Assembly: GCA_964106915.2 (NCBI GenBank)
Contig: OZ066914.1
DNA: 64,000 nucleotides
Direction: 5' to 3' (one strand)
Source of the DNA: Podarcis gaigeae
Lineage: Eukaryota
Shown here: positions 11,521-23,602 of the stretch, in pieces
How positions within the stretch are numbered: position 1 is the first letter of the stretch
Layout of the letters: each line of letters opens with the position of its first letter
Notes under the pieces: model-generated
Told to the model about the DNA's origin: nothing
Databases searched by the model: none
What the model saw: only the letters and a program-made list of their open reading frames with translations
Translations under genes and position numbers: made by a program

Positions 11521-11812
11521 AAAGGTAAAGGAAAAGGGATCCCTGACCATTAGGTCCAGTCGTGACCGACTCTGGGGTTGCGGTGCTCATCTTGCTTTAT
11601 TGGCCGAGGGAGCCAGCATACAGCTTCCAGCTCATGTGGCCAGCATGACTAAGCCGCTTCTGGCGAACCAGAGCAACACACGAAAACACCATTTACCTTC
11701 CCACCGGAGCGGTACCTATTTATCTACTTGCACTTTGACATGCTTTCGAACTGCTAGGTTGGCAGGAGCAGGGACCGAGCAACGGGAGCTCACCCTGTCA
11801 CGGGGGTTCAAA
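11521..11812 (-). mobile_element. Sauria SINE (5'-truncated)
   Basis: ACCTTT-type tail (AAAGGTAAAGG on +) and characteristic core CATGTGGCCAGCATGACT / GGTACCTATTTATCTACTTG. Confidence 0.85.
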
Positions 11813-12028
11813 ATCTGGTACTATATTTGATCTTAGCAAGTAGGCCTAAAAGCAAAAGATAGAAGTGCAAATATAGAATAAGATGTACTTAATTTCTGCT
11901 TATCTTCAGTATTTGCTATTTATCTTCACACTCCTTCTTTTAAAGAAAATGTGTTCAGTTTCACCTGCTACACTCAGTTTAGCTACTGGATCTTGATTCA
12001 CAGCCACACACAAAACTACCCAACATAC

Positions 12029-12172
12029 CTTTGGGTTTTTTATTGCCAGAGGGTTGTTTAATTCAGGAGTACTCAAATAGTCTTGGCACATTTTCTTTAC
12101 TATAGTGTGCAGCTCTTCAAATTCCCGGTATACTTCTGGAAAAAGTGCTTTGGTTGGATAATTTTTTTCTAC
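12029..12172 (-). CDS. ZNF839: ZNF839 exon 5
   Basis: VEKNYPTKALFPEVYREFEELHTIVKKMCQDYL...NPK|GTATG. Confidence 0.9.
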
Positions 12173-12818
12173 CTGTTTAGTAACAAAAGCTACATGAATA
12201 TGAGCAAATTCACAATCATGTGCTATAAGTATCATTCAAGCCTATTATAATGCAAACAAGTAACAGGCGATTAAAGGCAGAAAGCACTATCTGAACCTCT
12301 CCAGCAAGTCCCCTATCTTGACCACATTGGTTTGGATCAGAGCTGTCAGTCCATCTGGTTGTCGTTGGCTTAAATTGATCTTATGTTAAACAGAGTCTGG
12401 AGAAGTAGGGACTGTGGAATTAAGAAAACTAGACAACAGAGGCTGTGGTTCAAGGTCCAGGAAGATTATGTTAAGAACCATAACTCCTATCTACCCGTTA
12501 TGAGAAAAATATCTCACTGTAATAACTTACTGTACTAATCTATATTTCCATAAAGAGTGAAATAAAATTGTTGACTTTCCCCTAAACTATAACTTCAAAT
12601 AGGGCAAGGAAAGTGATGTATCCCACTTCTTCAATCTTCCACCATGTAATTCCTTGTACTCCTGGTTAATCTGGTTTCATCCAATTTTTGTTCATGCCCG
12701 CATGAGACACTCAAGTTTAAAGAGTTTGACTATAGGAAATTAAATGCACATTTGCAGATAGTATTTATTATTCATTTATATTGTGCATTTTACACTAAGT
12801 TTGCAAGATGTATCTTAC

Positions 12819-12911
12819 CTTCATCAATAGGAATTCAGATACAGTAACAAGTGTTGTAAAGCGTGGAAGAGCCAGCTCCATAAAATCTTCATTGGCACAT
12901 TGCTGAATCAG
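12819..12911 (-). CDS. ZNF839: ZNF839 exon 4
   Basis: LIQQCANEDFMELALPRFTTLVTVSEFLLMK|GTAAG. Confidence 0.9.
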
Positions 12912-13390
12912 CTATTAAAGACCATAATAATTTCTTTAGAGAAGCCATAAAGTCAAATTGCTAAAACGCCAAGTCTAAATACATGGAAATGGACAAAGAA
13001 AAATGCATGATATCTGAGCAATTTATTATAGAAAACAGATAAATCACTGAGAAGTGTCAATGTTAGGAGACAGTTCCTAGAGTCATTGCCAGAATAAATT
13101 CAATTTTTAAATCCCAGCAGTTATATCTAGGGGCCACCTCACACAACATTCTTCCTGCATGGAGATTATCAAAACTAATGCAGAAAACCTGTACAACTTG
13201 TGTGAAGCACACACAATTGGATTATTTTGCCATGGGCAGACACTTTATCCAAGTTTTCAAGAGAGCCTCTTCAAAGCCTCATTTACTACATGAAAGGCTA
13301 GCTATCAAGTAGGATCTTCGCTGGAAGATTCTGAAAGAAAAAATAGTAAGTCTTTCACCAGATAACTAAATAAGTTGTAGGAGTTTTAAG

Positions 13391-13638
13391 AAGAAGAAGA
13401 GAAGAGTTTGGATTTGATATCCCGCCTTTCACTCCCTTTAAGGAGTCTCAAAGCGGCTAACATTCTCCTTTCCCTTCCTCCCCCACAACAAACACTCTGT
13501 GAGGTGAGTGGGGCTGAGAGACTTCAGAGAAGTGTGACTAGCCCAAGGTCACCCAGCAGCTGCAGGTGGAGGAGCGGAGACGCGAACCCGGTTCCCCAGA
13601 TTATGAGACTACCGCTCTTAACCACTACACCACACTGG
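13391..13638 (-). mobile_element. tRNA-derived squamate SINE (Squam3-like)
   Basis: 5' head CCAGTGTGGTGTAGTGGTTAAGAGCGG with B-box-like GGTTCGCG; MIR-like core GTGACCTTGGGC; (CTT)n tail. Confidence 0.8.
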
Positions 13639-14379
13639 TTAAATCTGCATAAATGGTCACATTTGTATAAACAGCTTTGATGAGAAAGGCATGCTTCCTC
13701 TTAGATGAAGCAGCAGGCACCCTTAGAAACATTTCCTCCTGCTTGAAGAGAAAGGGATTGTTCTTATAAGATAGCACCAGCCATTTCCCCATTTTATACT
13801 TATATCAATTTCAGGAATGTGTGTTGCCCAACTTGAGACACCTTTTCAAGTTATCAAAACATTTTAAATGGATGGGTCTAAAGAAGGGATAGGGAACCTC
13901 TGTCAATCCCGGAGAAGCATTTCCTCATGAGCAACGTTCTTGAAGCCATGTGCCAATGGTGGCAAGGGCGGCTGGCAAAAGTGGTTACTGTAGGTTCTCT
14001 TTCCAACTACACAAAAGTCATAGGTTTCAACACACATGCACACACATATCTCTCCATTCAAATAAGTAAGGTACTATTAAGGTACAACAGCACATTCCAG
14101 CTAGGCAAAGTCACTCAAGGAGGGTGAAGAGACGGACTGGTGTGAATCCAGAGGGCCAGATAATTCAGAAGTGGGGAAGCATCCAGGCCTCTCTAGGTTC
14201 ACAATCCTAAGTATTTTTACCAAGGTGTAAGTCCCACAGCGGGACCTTTAAGTCCCACTGAGCTCAATGAGACCCAATTCTCAGTAAACATGCTTAAGAT
14301 TGTATTGTGAGCACTGTAGCCTAATGGAGAAACTATCACTAGACAAGCGAGCATGAACAATTGTGAAAAGGAACCATAC

Positions 14380-14610
14380 CTCTTTTAGCCTAGCTTTCCT
14401 TCTAAATATACTGTGGTGATCTGCTGACATATTATTAAGACACTTTGAAGAGAACTGACTGCATCTGCTATATCTTCCAGAATACCTTGATCTTTCAGCT
14501 CTCTTTGGTTGGCCACACCTTCTTGGTTGTCGGGGTTTTCCAGGACCCAAATACAATAAATCGGTGTTTTGATGTTCTATTAACTTTCCATCTTCTGTAG
14601 ATGTAGAAGA
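14380..14610 (-). CDS. ZNF839: ZNF839 exon 3
   Basis: SSTSTEDG...IFRRKARLKE|GTATG; phase 0 at both ends. Confidence 0.85.
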
Positions 14611-15563
14611 CTTTAAAAAATGTTCATAAGAATGCTTTAAACAGTTTTAACTTTATGTATTAATTTTTCAGTTTGGAATCATTATACTAACATTATCCTA
14701 TAAAACTGAGTTAAAAGGCACATATACTTCCCACATCTCACTTCAAGACAAGGAAGATGGCAAATTCCTTCTCTCCTACCTTTAATGCACCGTGATGTCA
14801 CATCATTATGGTGTGCACATGCTGCTAACTTTGCTATTTTAGGATTTATTTTCACATAACCATTCCAGAAACAAGGACTACCTACATTCTGACACAGGAG
14901 CACAGTAAGGAGCAGTAAGGCAAAACAATGGTGCCTCTGGAATTACTGCAGCTGGTAAGCGGTATTCATTTGCTTGTTACTTGCAAGGAAGCTTCAAAAT
15001 GAATCTTGCAATTCAGAAGGAGTAAGGCAATGAGACTACTTAGCAACACTTTTACACCAGTTACCTTATCTATCCAGTAATCATGACCAATAATTCACAG
15101 TATTTGAAGATCTTTTAAGACATGCATGCATCAATACAGTACTGTATTGCTTTAATGTGACAAATGCCATTCATGAAAAGGATTTTTTGTATGGTATGCT
15201 TCCCCATTACATTGATTAGAAATTGCCTTTAGAATAGATTGTCCATTAAATACTTAAACGTTACCAGCAGCCTCTACCCCAGACTAATTCCCTCTTTATA
15301 TTGCAGGGATAAGAATGGCATACATCTGTTTTTCTCCTAACTTTAATGAGCTAATAGCTTTTAGAATTAGAAGCGTCAATAATGTAGTTGTTTAAAACAT
15401 TCCAGCAATGCCATTCAGTGAAGCCTATTGTATAGATTCCTGTAGCCATGAACTGGATTTAGATAAGTGGCAAAGGGAGATCCAGCTTGCTCTGGAAAGG
15501 CAGAGGGCATGAGCTGACCATTCCCTGGATAATTTGAAATAGAACAATATATATTTCTCTTAC

Positions 15564-16475
15564 CTGTTGCTTATTCTCTATAGGAAGATTATTTTTCAAG
15601 TCTACAGCTGATCCAATTTCATTTATTAAAGGGGCACTAATTGGTGGTGGTGAAAGCATCTCATGTACACTTTCACAACTTGTCTGCCCAGTACACTCCA
15701 GCAACTGTCTATTTATAGAAGATTGTGAAGATTCTTCCTGCCTATGAGCTGGATTAAGTTTATAATGCCGTGCTAATCCTCCTTTTCCTATGTAGGATTT
15801 TTCACAGCTTTGACATTTAAACAATTTTGGCTTCAAGTCATAGTTCAAGGGACCAAATAACGAGCACACTTCCTTCTCCTTGCCGCCTCCTTCATCATCT
15901 TCTAGACTTAGCTCAGCATAGTCATCAGAATCAGACTGGTGACAGTCAGCCAAGTCTTTAGTTTTAATGAATTTGTAATCCTTAGCTTTATATTTGGGAG
16001 GCCTTGAAATCCGCCCAGAACGAGTTTTCACTTTTAGAGATTTTTTAACTCTGTATTTGTACTTCTTCTCGTGGTTTGTGAGTGAATTTGCTGAACAAGA
16101 TGGGGTGCAAGTAACATTTGGAGAATCTGAAGCAGCTATTGCAACAGATATGTTTTTCTGTCCATTGACAGCGAGGCCATTGAGTAGTTCATGTGTTATC
16201 TTGCCTGAGGAAACTTGTCCAAGAGGATGTAAAGGTCTCTGCAGAAGCAGCTGAAGGGTAGGTTCAGAAGATTTATATAACAAAAATTGCTGTGGTCTAG
16301 GCACTGTAGCAATATGTGGGTTAATAACACTGAGTGCTACAATCCTGGAATTTTTCTCAAGTGGCTGATTCATAGTTACATTTTTTGACCTCTGAATTGC
16401 TGCAAGAGACAGTTCTGATCTTTCTTTCTCTTTTTTCTGTTCTGGCTGTACTTGGACACAGATGGTTTCCAATGG
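15564..16475 (-). CDS. ZNF839: ZNF839 exon 2, containing the single C2H2 finger
   Basis: cag|PLETICVQ...KKSLKVKTRSGRISRPPKYKAKDYKFIKT...CQSCEKSYIGKGGLARHYKLNPAH...QQ|GTAAG; 304 codons. Confidence 0.95.
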
Positions 16476-16759
16476 CTGTAAGAAAAAATAAAGCTTGTTT
16501 AAGCACAAAGTCATATAAGGTTTTCTATACATTCTTGAAAATGAAACTGATCTAGATGAGCACACACACGTTTTTAAAAGTCTCTTTTAATCCAAGTAAA
16601 CATAGTCAAGATTGGTCGGAATTGTAGCACAATTGACTTTAAAAAAAAACAAAAAACTCTAGCTTGCATACTCCTTGAGCTTGTTTGGAGGTTCTAGCAG
16701 GGGAGCGCAGCTATCGTATACCCTTGACCGAAGAACGGTACACTCCTTCTATCTGGGAT

Positions 16760-16927
16760 NNNNNNNNNNNNNNNNNNNNNNNNNNNNNNNNNNNNNNNNN
16801 NNNNNNNNNNNNNNNNNNNNNNNNNNNNNNNNNNNNNNNNNNNNNNNNNNNNNNNNNNNNNNNNNNNNNNNNNNNNNNNNNNNNNNNNNNNNNNNNNNNN
16901 NNNNNNNNNNNNNNNNNNNNNNNNNNN
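16760..16927. other. Assembly gap (168 N) in ZNF839 intron 1
   Basis: Run of N. Confidence 1.
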
Positions 16928-17159
16928 TCCTGAAACTACTATTATACACGTTTATCTACTTGTCATATCGTTGTAAGGATTAAAGTTAAGGTTTTATGGG
17001 GAGTGGAGTAAATTTTTAATAGGGACCTGAAGGAGATCAAGGGCAGGAAGGGGAGAAATCATGTGGCTTTAACTGCTAACTAACTGACCTGCTAAGGCGC
17101 TCTGGGATCTTCTGTTTAAAAGCGGTATATAAATTTATTAAATAAATAAATAGCAGCAG

Positions 17160-17870
17160 CCCTCCGCCCCGCAAGCAGCGATTTAACCATTTACGACTTA
17201 AGCATCAGCGACCCCCCTTACGAAAAATCCCCACATAAACCCCGCAGGCTTATTTGGGCGGCAGGAGCCTGGCGGGGACACGGGGCACCTTCTGCAGCCG
17301 CTGCGCCGCGTCGTGCGGGATACTGGACACCGGCGGGTCCACCGAAGTCGAGGCGGAAGTCGCCGAGCAGAAACCCCGAGCCGGGAAGTGGGGATGAGAA
17401 GCCGCGAGGCCGTCGTCCTGGGCTACTGGAGAAGAGGCTTCCCGCCGTTGAGGCGATGCGGCAGCCGCGGCGATACGAGGCAAGGTCTCGCCCGGCTGCT
17501 GTAGACCGAGCGCCGGGTCCGGGTCTACAGGCCCCCTCGCCTCAGAGGCCGCCATCTTAGCGAGTAGCTGCTGTCAGGGGAGACGGTTGGAAGTCTCCCT
17601 AAGCCCCGCCCCTATCGCGCGCATGAGGAACAAACAGCGCCGGACCAATAGGAATCGGGCTCGGCTGTTTGGGGTACGGGACGACAGCGAAGGGGTGGAG
17701 TGGGGAGGAGGAGCAAGAGTTAGAGCGTCGCGGTGGGAGCCGAGCGGGGTCAAATTAGCTTCAAAAGCGTTTAGTCGCTTCCCTGGAGTCCTAGTGCTTA
17801 CTCTTCGAACCCCTCTTCCGCTTGCTCATCTCCTTGACGCGAACTCGGTGGGCACATTCTGGATTTCGGG
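17160..17870. promoter_or_regulatory. ZNF839 CpG-island promoter
   Basis: YY1 consensus AAGATGGCGGC overlapping the ATG (17548-17558, minus strand); GC box near 17604; GCGCGCATG near 17617; CCAAT 17645-17649. Confidence 0.75.
17253..17555 (-). CDS. ZNF839: ZNF839 exon 1 (donor uncertain)
   Basis: MAASE...DAAQRLQKVPRVPARLLPPK resembles the recalled ZNF839 exon-1 end (...RLLPP); in a CpG island; no canonical GT right after PPK (see findings). Confidence 0.7.
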
Positions 17871-17955
17871 CAAATAGGAATAAATAAAATCGCAGGTTAA
17901 TTATGCCTGGAGAGGCCGTGTTTTGTTTGCATTATCCAAGGGGGAAGCTTTAAAT

Positions 17956-17958
<3 letters not shown>

Positions 17959-17986
<28 letters not shown>
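17959..17986 (+). repeat. (ATT)n microsatellite
   Basis: Direct reading. Confidence 0.9.
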
Positions 17987-17987
<1 letters not shown>

Positions 17988-18403
17988 TTTAAAATGGAAG
18001 GTATTGCCAAAGTCGAGGTTCTAAACGCCGAGCAGATTGAATAGATTGACAAAATATGAGTATTCTGGCCTTATTTGTCTCCATAGCGATCTGTTCGAAA
18101 TGCCTGTACAGAAATGGGCACAGCCCTTCGGCAGGATGAAGGCTGGGTGGTTTTTACTTAACCACAGGTTTCTGTTGTTGTTGCTGTACGGATACATTTA
18201 TTTTTAAGTCAATCATTTTTTCCTAAAAATCGTAAACTTAAAAAGAAAATAGTTTTTCAACACCGCATAACCGTCGCCTTTTATGCTCTTTGCAAAATGA
18301 ACAAATTTGCTTTTTTCTAAGCGACATTTTACGGCAACGAAGCATTTGTTTGGTTTGTTTTGTGGCGGACGAACATTTTATTGAAAAACAAAAGGCTTCC
18401 TCG

Positions 18404-18477
18404 TGGCCCGTACGGGGATCGAACCCGCGACCTTGGCGTTATTAGCACCACGCTCTAACCAACTGAGCTAACCGGCC
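18404..18477 (-). tRNA. tRNA-Ile (anticodon AAT)
   Basis: GGCCGGTTAGCTCAGTTGGTTAGAGCGTGGTGCTAATAACGCCAAGGTCGCGGGTTCGATCCCCGTACGGGCCA, intact 74 nt; Pol III T-run terminator at 18384-18393. Confidence 0.97.
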
Positions 18478-19479
18478 ACTAGGAGAACATTTTGCCCTCG
18501 CCTTCTTTCTGCTACTCGGTGACTCAACTTTGAAGATTGGAATTCGTATACAATATTAATGGCTGCGCTGGAGTTTGTGATAGGAATTTATTTTTATTTA
18601 CAACAAGTTGCATGTCGTTTCTTTAAATCACAAATGTGTGTTTCACTGTAAAACGAAGCAGATCTGCATGCTGTTCAAAAGTGATCCATTTGAGAGTGTG
18701 AGAAAAATTGTAGCTGCGGTTATGAAAAAGGGCTGCTTCGTTTAATGACTGTCTAATGGCTATTTATTACATACAGAGCATCGACTACACGAGTCAACAC
18801 TATGCTTTGCCTTTTTTAACAGCTAGAGAAAAAGGTTATGAGCAAACGATGTAACAGCTGGTAGATTTTCAGAGCTGGATACACCTTCCAATTCTGGATT
18901 TTCAAAATCTATTATTCAGATCCTATGTTGTCTTATTACGCGGAGCAGTTGCGGAGATATCTAGCGAACTGGGACACAGTATTCGAGCTGCAGTTATTCA
19001 CAGGCAAGTGACACCCCTGCAATCCCCATTCTGTACTGGAAATGGCGACTCAACCAGCATGTTATTTCTTTCCTTTTGAATGCCTGTCACGTCAACTCCC
19101 ACTCCAAAATAATTACTTTGTAATTCTGACAGTGGGTGGTGGGTGGTTTTGGTAACATAGCTCCTTTTCAAAACAACTATATTTTGCTTAACTATGCTCA
19201 AGATGTGTCTTCATGGAGCAGGAGATGCTTACTCGGAAGTAAGCCTCGCTGAGTGCAATGGAACTTGCCCGCATGTATAGCTCCTTGAGTAATTCTACCT
19301 GGTGCCCCTTACAGTTCAAACTTAAGCATGCTTACAGGGAAGTTCGACGGCGACTTACTGCCAGATAAGCTTACTCTCCTTCATTTGATCATTCTAAAGC
19401 AGAGGTTGCATCTGTCATGGAGTGTGATTCCCGCATTGCCGAGCGGGGTTGGACTAGATGACCTTTGGGGCACCCCTTC

Positions 19480-20230
19480 CGACTCGGCTAAGGTTCTAGG
19501 CTCTCCCGTGACTGCGCATGTGCAAGGATCGCCCGAGGGGCGGGGATGGGTGGGGTTTCATAGGGCGAGGCGACTGAGGATGCGCGCAGAAAGGAGAGGC
19601 GCCGCGGTGTGCGCATGCGCCCCTCGGAGGCCCCGCCGCCGCCATGAAGCCCGCCCTGCGGCTGCCGCAGTCAATAGGAGAGGGCGGAGGTTAGCAACTG
19701 CGCTTGCGCCGCTCCGAGGGCGGGGCTGACACGGTCGCGCCCCCGGGTTGAGGGAGCTTGACGCTCTGGGGTTGCCAGGGTGACGGGGATACAACATGGC
19801 GCGCTGACAAGTTCTCGGCGCGGGGAGCGGAGGGCGGGGGGCCCTGGCGCTTCAGAGAGGACCCTCGCCGCCCCACACCCCCCTCCCCACCGGAGGGCAC
19901 GCGCGGGGAAAGCGAGCGGAGGATGAACAGTAAGGGGGCGGCCTCGCTGGGGGCGGTGGCAGCGGCGAGTCTCCCTGAGGGGAATTGGGGGGGGGGAGAG
20001 GGAGAGAAGCCGGTGCAGCTCGGCTTTCAAGGCGGATCGCGAGGCCGGCGGGAGAGGAGGGGTTAAAGGAATATATATGTGGGTGTCGGTGTACGTGTGT
20101 ACGTGTGCACACGTGTTTAACGTATATGATCTACAACATCGCGTCGAAGTTTGTTCCAGGTCCTGGAAGGATGCGACCGGTGACTGCTGAGGCCGGCGTA
20201 TATATTCTGGCAGCCGGCTAGTTAAACAGA
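19480..20230 (+). promoter_or_regulatory. MOK CpG-island promoter with NRF1 and RFX X-box motifs
   Basis: TGCGCATGCGC 19610-19620; X-box GTTGCCAGGGTGAC 19771-19784; GC boxes. Confidence 0.75.
19923..19929 (+). CDS. MOK: MOK exon 1 (ATG AAC A)
   Basis: aggATGAACA|GTAAGG; phase 1 gives MNKYKTIGK. Confidence 0.85.
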
Positions 20231-20840
20231 GATGCTAAATTCTTATAGCGAGAGGTGTCTGATTCGATATCCCGCTTAGTGGGGGTGGGGTGGGGAGGGG
20301 ATGAGAGCTCTGTGCAAAGAAAAAGGGGGGTGGGGAGGGGAAGCCAGTCAGGAAGGGGAAGAGGTGTTCGTAACAGTGTGGTATAGTGGTTTCTGCGTGT
20401 GCTGTAGAGGGAAGCGAGGGGCAGATGGGGCTCGCCAACCTGGGAAGGTAGCCCGTTTGGAGAAGGAGAACTCCCAGTCCTGAACCTCTGCCTTGCATGA
20501 TTTATTCAGGAGAAGACAAGGCTTAGAGTAAAAACCCTAAACAGATCCAGAAGGGAGTCGCTAAGATGGTTGGATGGCACCTTGTATGCCTCCATCCGGC
20601 AGCTGCTGCAGCCAAGCTGGTGCCCAACGTATTGCTCTGCTTTCCTTTGGATCATATCAGCGAGGCCAAGCGGGGGGGTGTCATCGACTAGGCAGCCCTG
20701 GAACTCCACAAACGCTGCCCAGGCTTGTACCCCAGGGAGGTCACTTTGGTGCTGTTAATGTAGTGGTTTGACTTCACCTTCAGAGGTGCACTCAATTGTC
20801 TCTAGAGGCAGTAGAGTGCCAACAACAATAGCGGTTAGAG

Positions 20841-21158
20841 CAGAGCTTTCCAAATTTTTCATGTTGGTGACACACTTTTTAGACATGCATCATTTCGTGA
20901 CGTAGTAATTCAGTTTTACTTAAGCTTACCAGATTTTTTCCCATGAATCCAGGGACACTTTTCAGCTTCGATGGATTTTGTATGGGGACTGGTTTGTAAA
21001 TCCAGGACTGTCCCCGGGAAACGGGGACATCTGGTAACCTTTTACTAGCAAATGGGAGTTTAAACTAACCCCTATCTAGCTGCAGGAGGAGTGCGGGGAG
21101 CATTCATGCAACATGCCGGCACACTAATTTGTCATGAGGCACAGTTTGGAAAACTCTG
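20841..21158. mobile_element. hAT MITE with a second element nested at about 20921-21041
   Basis: TIRs CAGAGCTTTCCAAA / TTTGGAAAACTCTG; inner inverted termini TTACCAGA...TCTGGTAA. Confidence 0.65.
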
Positions 21159-21246
21159 TGTTAGACTGTCAACCACCTGGGAGATACAAGAATTCAAATC
21201 CCCTCTGGGCCAGCCATGCAGCTCACTTAGTGACCTTGGGCTAGGT

Positions 21247-21342
21247 CAGACTTCCTCAGCTTCAGCCCTCCAGATGTTTTTGGCCTACAACTCCCATGAT
21301 TGTAGTCTCAAACATCTGGAGGGCCAAGGTTGAGGAAGCCTG
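21247..21342. mobile_element. Palindromic hAT MITE
   Basis: Inverted termini with exact 8-bp TSD GGCTAGGT. Confidence 0.85.
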
Positions 21343-21460
21343 GGCTAGGTACTGCCTCTCAAAGGACACCATTTTTCAGACTTTGAACAGAGATTGTAGG
21401 TGGTGTTTCTTCTGCTTTGTTGTATGTATCCTATTCTAGTTTCATGTTCAATAATTAGGA

Positions 21461-21596
21461 CAGGCATCCCCAAACTCTGCCCTCCAGCTGTTTTGGGACT
21501 ACAACTCCCATCGTCCCTGACCACTGGTCCTGTTAGCTAGGGATGATGGGAGTTGTAGTCCCAAAACAGCTGGAGGGCAGAGTTTGGGGGTGCCTA
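21461..21596. mobile_element. Palindromic hAT MITE
   Basis: Near-perfect fold-back CAGGCATCCCCAAACTCTGCCCTCCAGCTG...; exact 8-bp TSD AATTAGGA. Confidence 0.9.
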
Positions 21597-22288
21597 AATT
21601 AGGATGTGTGCTTCAATTCAGGTGTATATGAATGCCTATCATATTTTCAGCCTGCTTTATACATCTGGAGAATTATATGACATGGTCTACAAAAGCTCAT
21701 GCCATGATAAATGTTTCAGATTGCAGTCCAGCCTTAAAACTCTTCCTAACCCTTGATCTGATAATGCTTACTCAAAATACAATTTAATGGGTTTTCCTTT
21801 CATGTATGTATCAAGCACAAGCCTTCCTTCAGGAGTGGGAAACTTTTGACCCTCCAGATGGTGTTGAATTCCAACTCCAGTTATCCCCAGCCAACATAGC
21901 CATGTGTGCAGAACTTTCGTCCCTCCAGAGGTTGCTGAACCACAACTCCCATCATCCCTGGACATCACCCATGCTTGGTGGGGCTGATGCAAGTTGTAGT
22001 TCAGCAATATCTGTTGGGTCAAAGGTTCCCCACACGTGTTGCAGACCATCATTATTTGGAGGGCTGCAGTTTCCCCACCTTGCCTTTTGTTGTCCTTGTT
22101 ATAGAGTTGCCAAGTAAACATACCTAAGGTGGTAACAGCAATGGTCTGATTTATTATCAAGCAGTGATATATATTGTAAAAAGACTGTAAACTTGTCCAA
22201 TGAAGCAGAATTTAAAGCAATCTTGAGGATATTAAGCTTGTTATCGATACTAAAACCTAGTTTTCTTTTAAAATTTTGACCTTTTTAG

Positions 22289-22403
22289 AATATAAAACGA
22301 TTGGTAAGATTGGCGAGGGAACATTTTCTGATGTTCTGAAGGTACAAAATTTCAAAGATGGACAATATTATGCATGTAAACAAATGAAACAGCATTTTGA
22401 AAG
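22289..22403 (+). CDS. MOK: MOK exon 2
   Basis: YKTIGKIGEGTFSDVLK...YACKQMKQHFE: glycine-rich loop and catalytic Lys. Confidence 0.95.
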
Positions 22404-23040
22404 GTAGGTGCAGCTGCTTTTTTAATTTTCTTTTTACTTAAATGTTGAAATACTGAAATTAAGATGATCAAAGTTTGATTTAAAAATTGATTCTGAATAT
22501 TTATAACTATTATACAGAAAAAGAGTGCCTTCAAAGAGGACAACTAACCTTACAACCACTACATTTCTCAATAATGGACTTGGCTGACATATCCAAATTT
22601 GTCTCTTTTTTCCCGAGCATTAAACATAGTACGTAGCCTTTCTCTGGATCCCACAACCATCAGAGGTGTGGGAGCTGGTGACCAGAGATAGAGGCTTCTT
22701 TGTGATCTCTTACAGAAGTAGTTTACATGCTGTCTTATAAGCCACATTCATAACTTTGGGGAACGCCATGAGATGCCTCTGCTATTAATGTAATACATAA
22801 ATAAAATAAATAAATAACACTCTTCTGCTACTGGAAGAGAAAACCATGAAATGCTCTAATTCACTCATCCAAGCATGTGTCTCACGCATCTCTTGAGATT
22901 ATGTGTGGCCCAATTCACAGACTGAACAGAGCAACAATAAAGAGGGGGGGGGGATGAAGTGTTTACTCTTCTGTAATTTTAACAAACAAAAGCGACCTTA
23001 ACATGGTAGCCTAATCTTTTCCCTTTTTTATATACTGAAG

Positions 23041-23130
23041 TATCGACCACGTGAACAGTATGAGAGAGATACAAGCACTAAGGCGACTGAATCCACATCC
23101 AAATATCCTCACGTTGCATGAAGTGATATT
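23041..23130 (+). CDS. MOK: MOK exon 3
   Basis: IDHVNSMREIQALRRLNPHPNILTLHEVI. Confidence 0.95.
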
Positions 23131-23602
23131 GTAAGTGCTGCCTGCTTTCTTTCACCTTCCCTTTCTATACCCTGAGTATTCTTCCCTAAGATGATGCGGA
23201 GGTGGTGAATCACAATTTCATTTGCCAGACCAGTCTTAATCTGGTTACAGTTGTTTGAGGCAACAGCTCCGCTATTTTCCTGTGGCATAATGAATGAGGT
23301 GCTGCCTTTTCCTACACCCCTGCTTCCAGGAGGGCAGCAAATACCCTTTCGTGGGGAAGTGAGCCTACTGGGGCTGCCAATCACTTGCACTTGAATGGCT
23401 GAGTAATACATCTAAGTAAGGCCATTGAGCCACTGGTAGCATGAACACCGAGACTCTACATGTACAAGTTTTAAGGAACAACTTGCTTTTATTCCATCTT
23501 TATCTGTGTTCTCTGGTAGTGTAGATGATGGCAGCACCAACAGTACAAGAAAAGTGCAATGAAGGACTCAAGTAATGACACTATTAAGGAGAAATACATG
23601 TA

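Noticed and set aside
16675-16983. ORFs full of X
   Set aside because: Artefacts of the N gap.
19644-19694. GCCGCCGCCATG in frame with the MOK ATG, a possible N-terminal extension
   Set aside because: Closed by TAG at 19692 and a further TGA before the main ATG; probably upstream of the start site or a YY1-type motif.
3839-19929. CINP and MOK both start with a 7-nt first coding exon
   Set aside because: Unrelated proteins; both structures appear ancestral, so this is coincidence.
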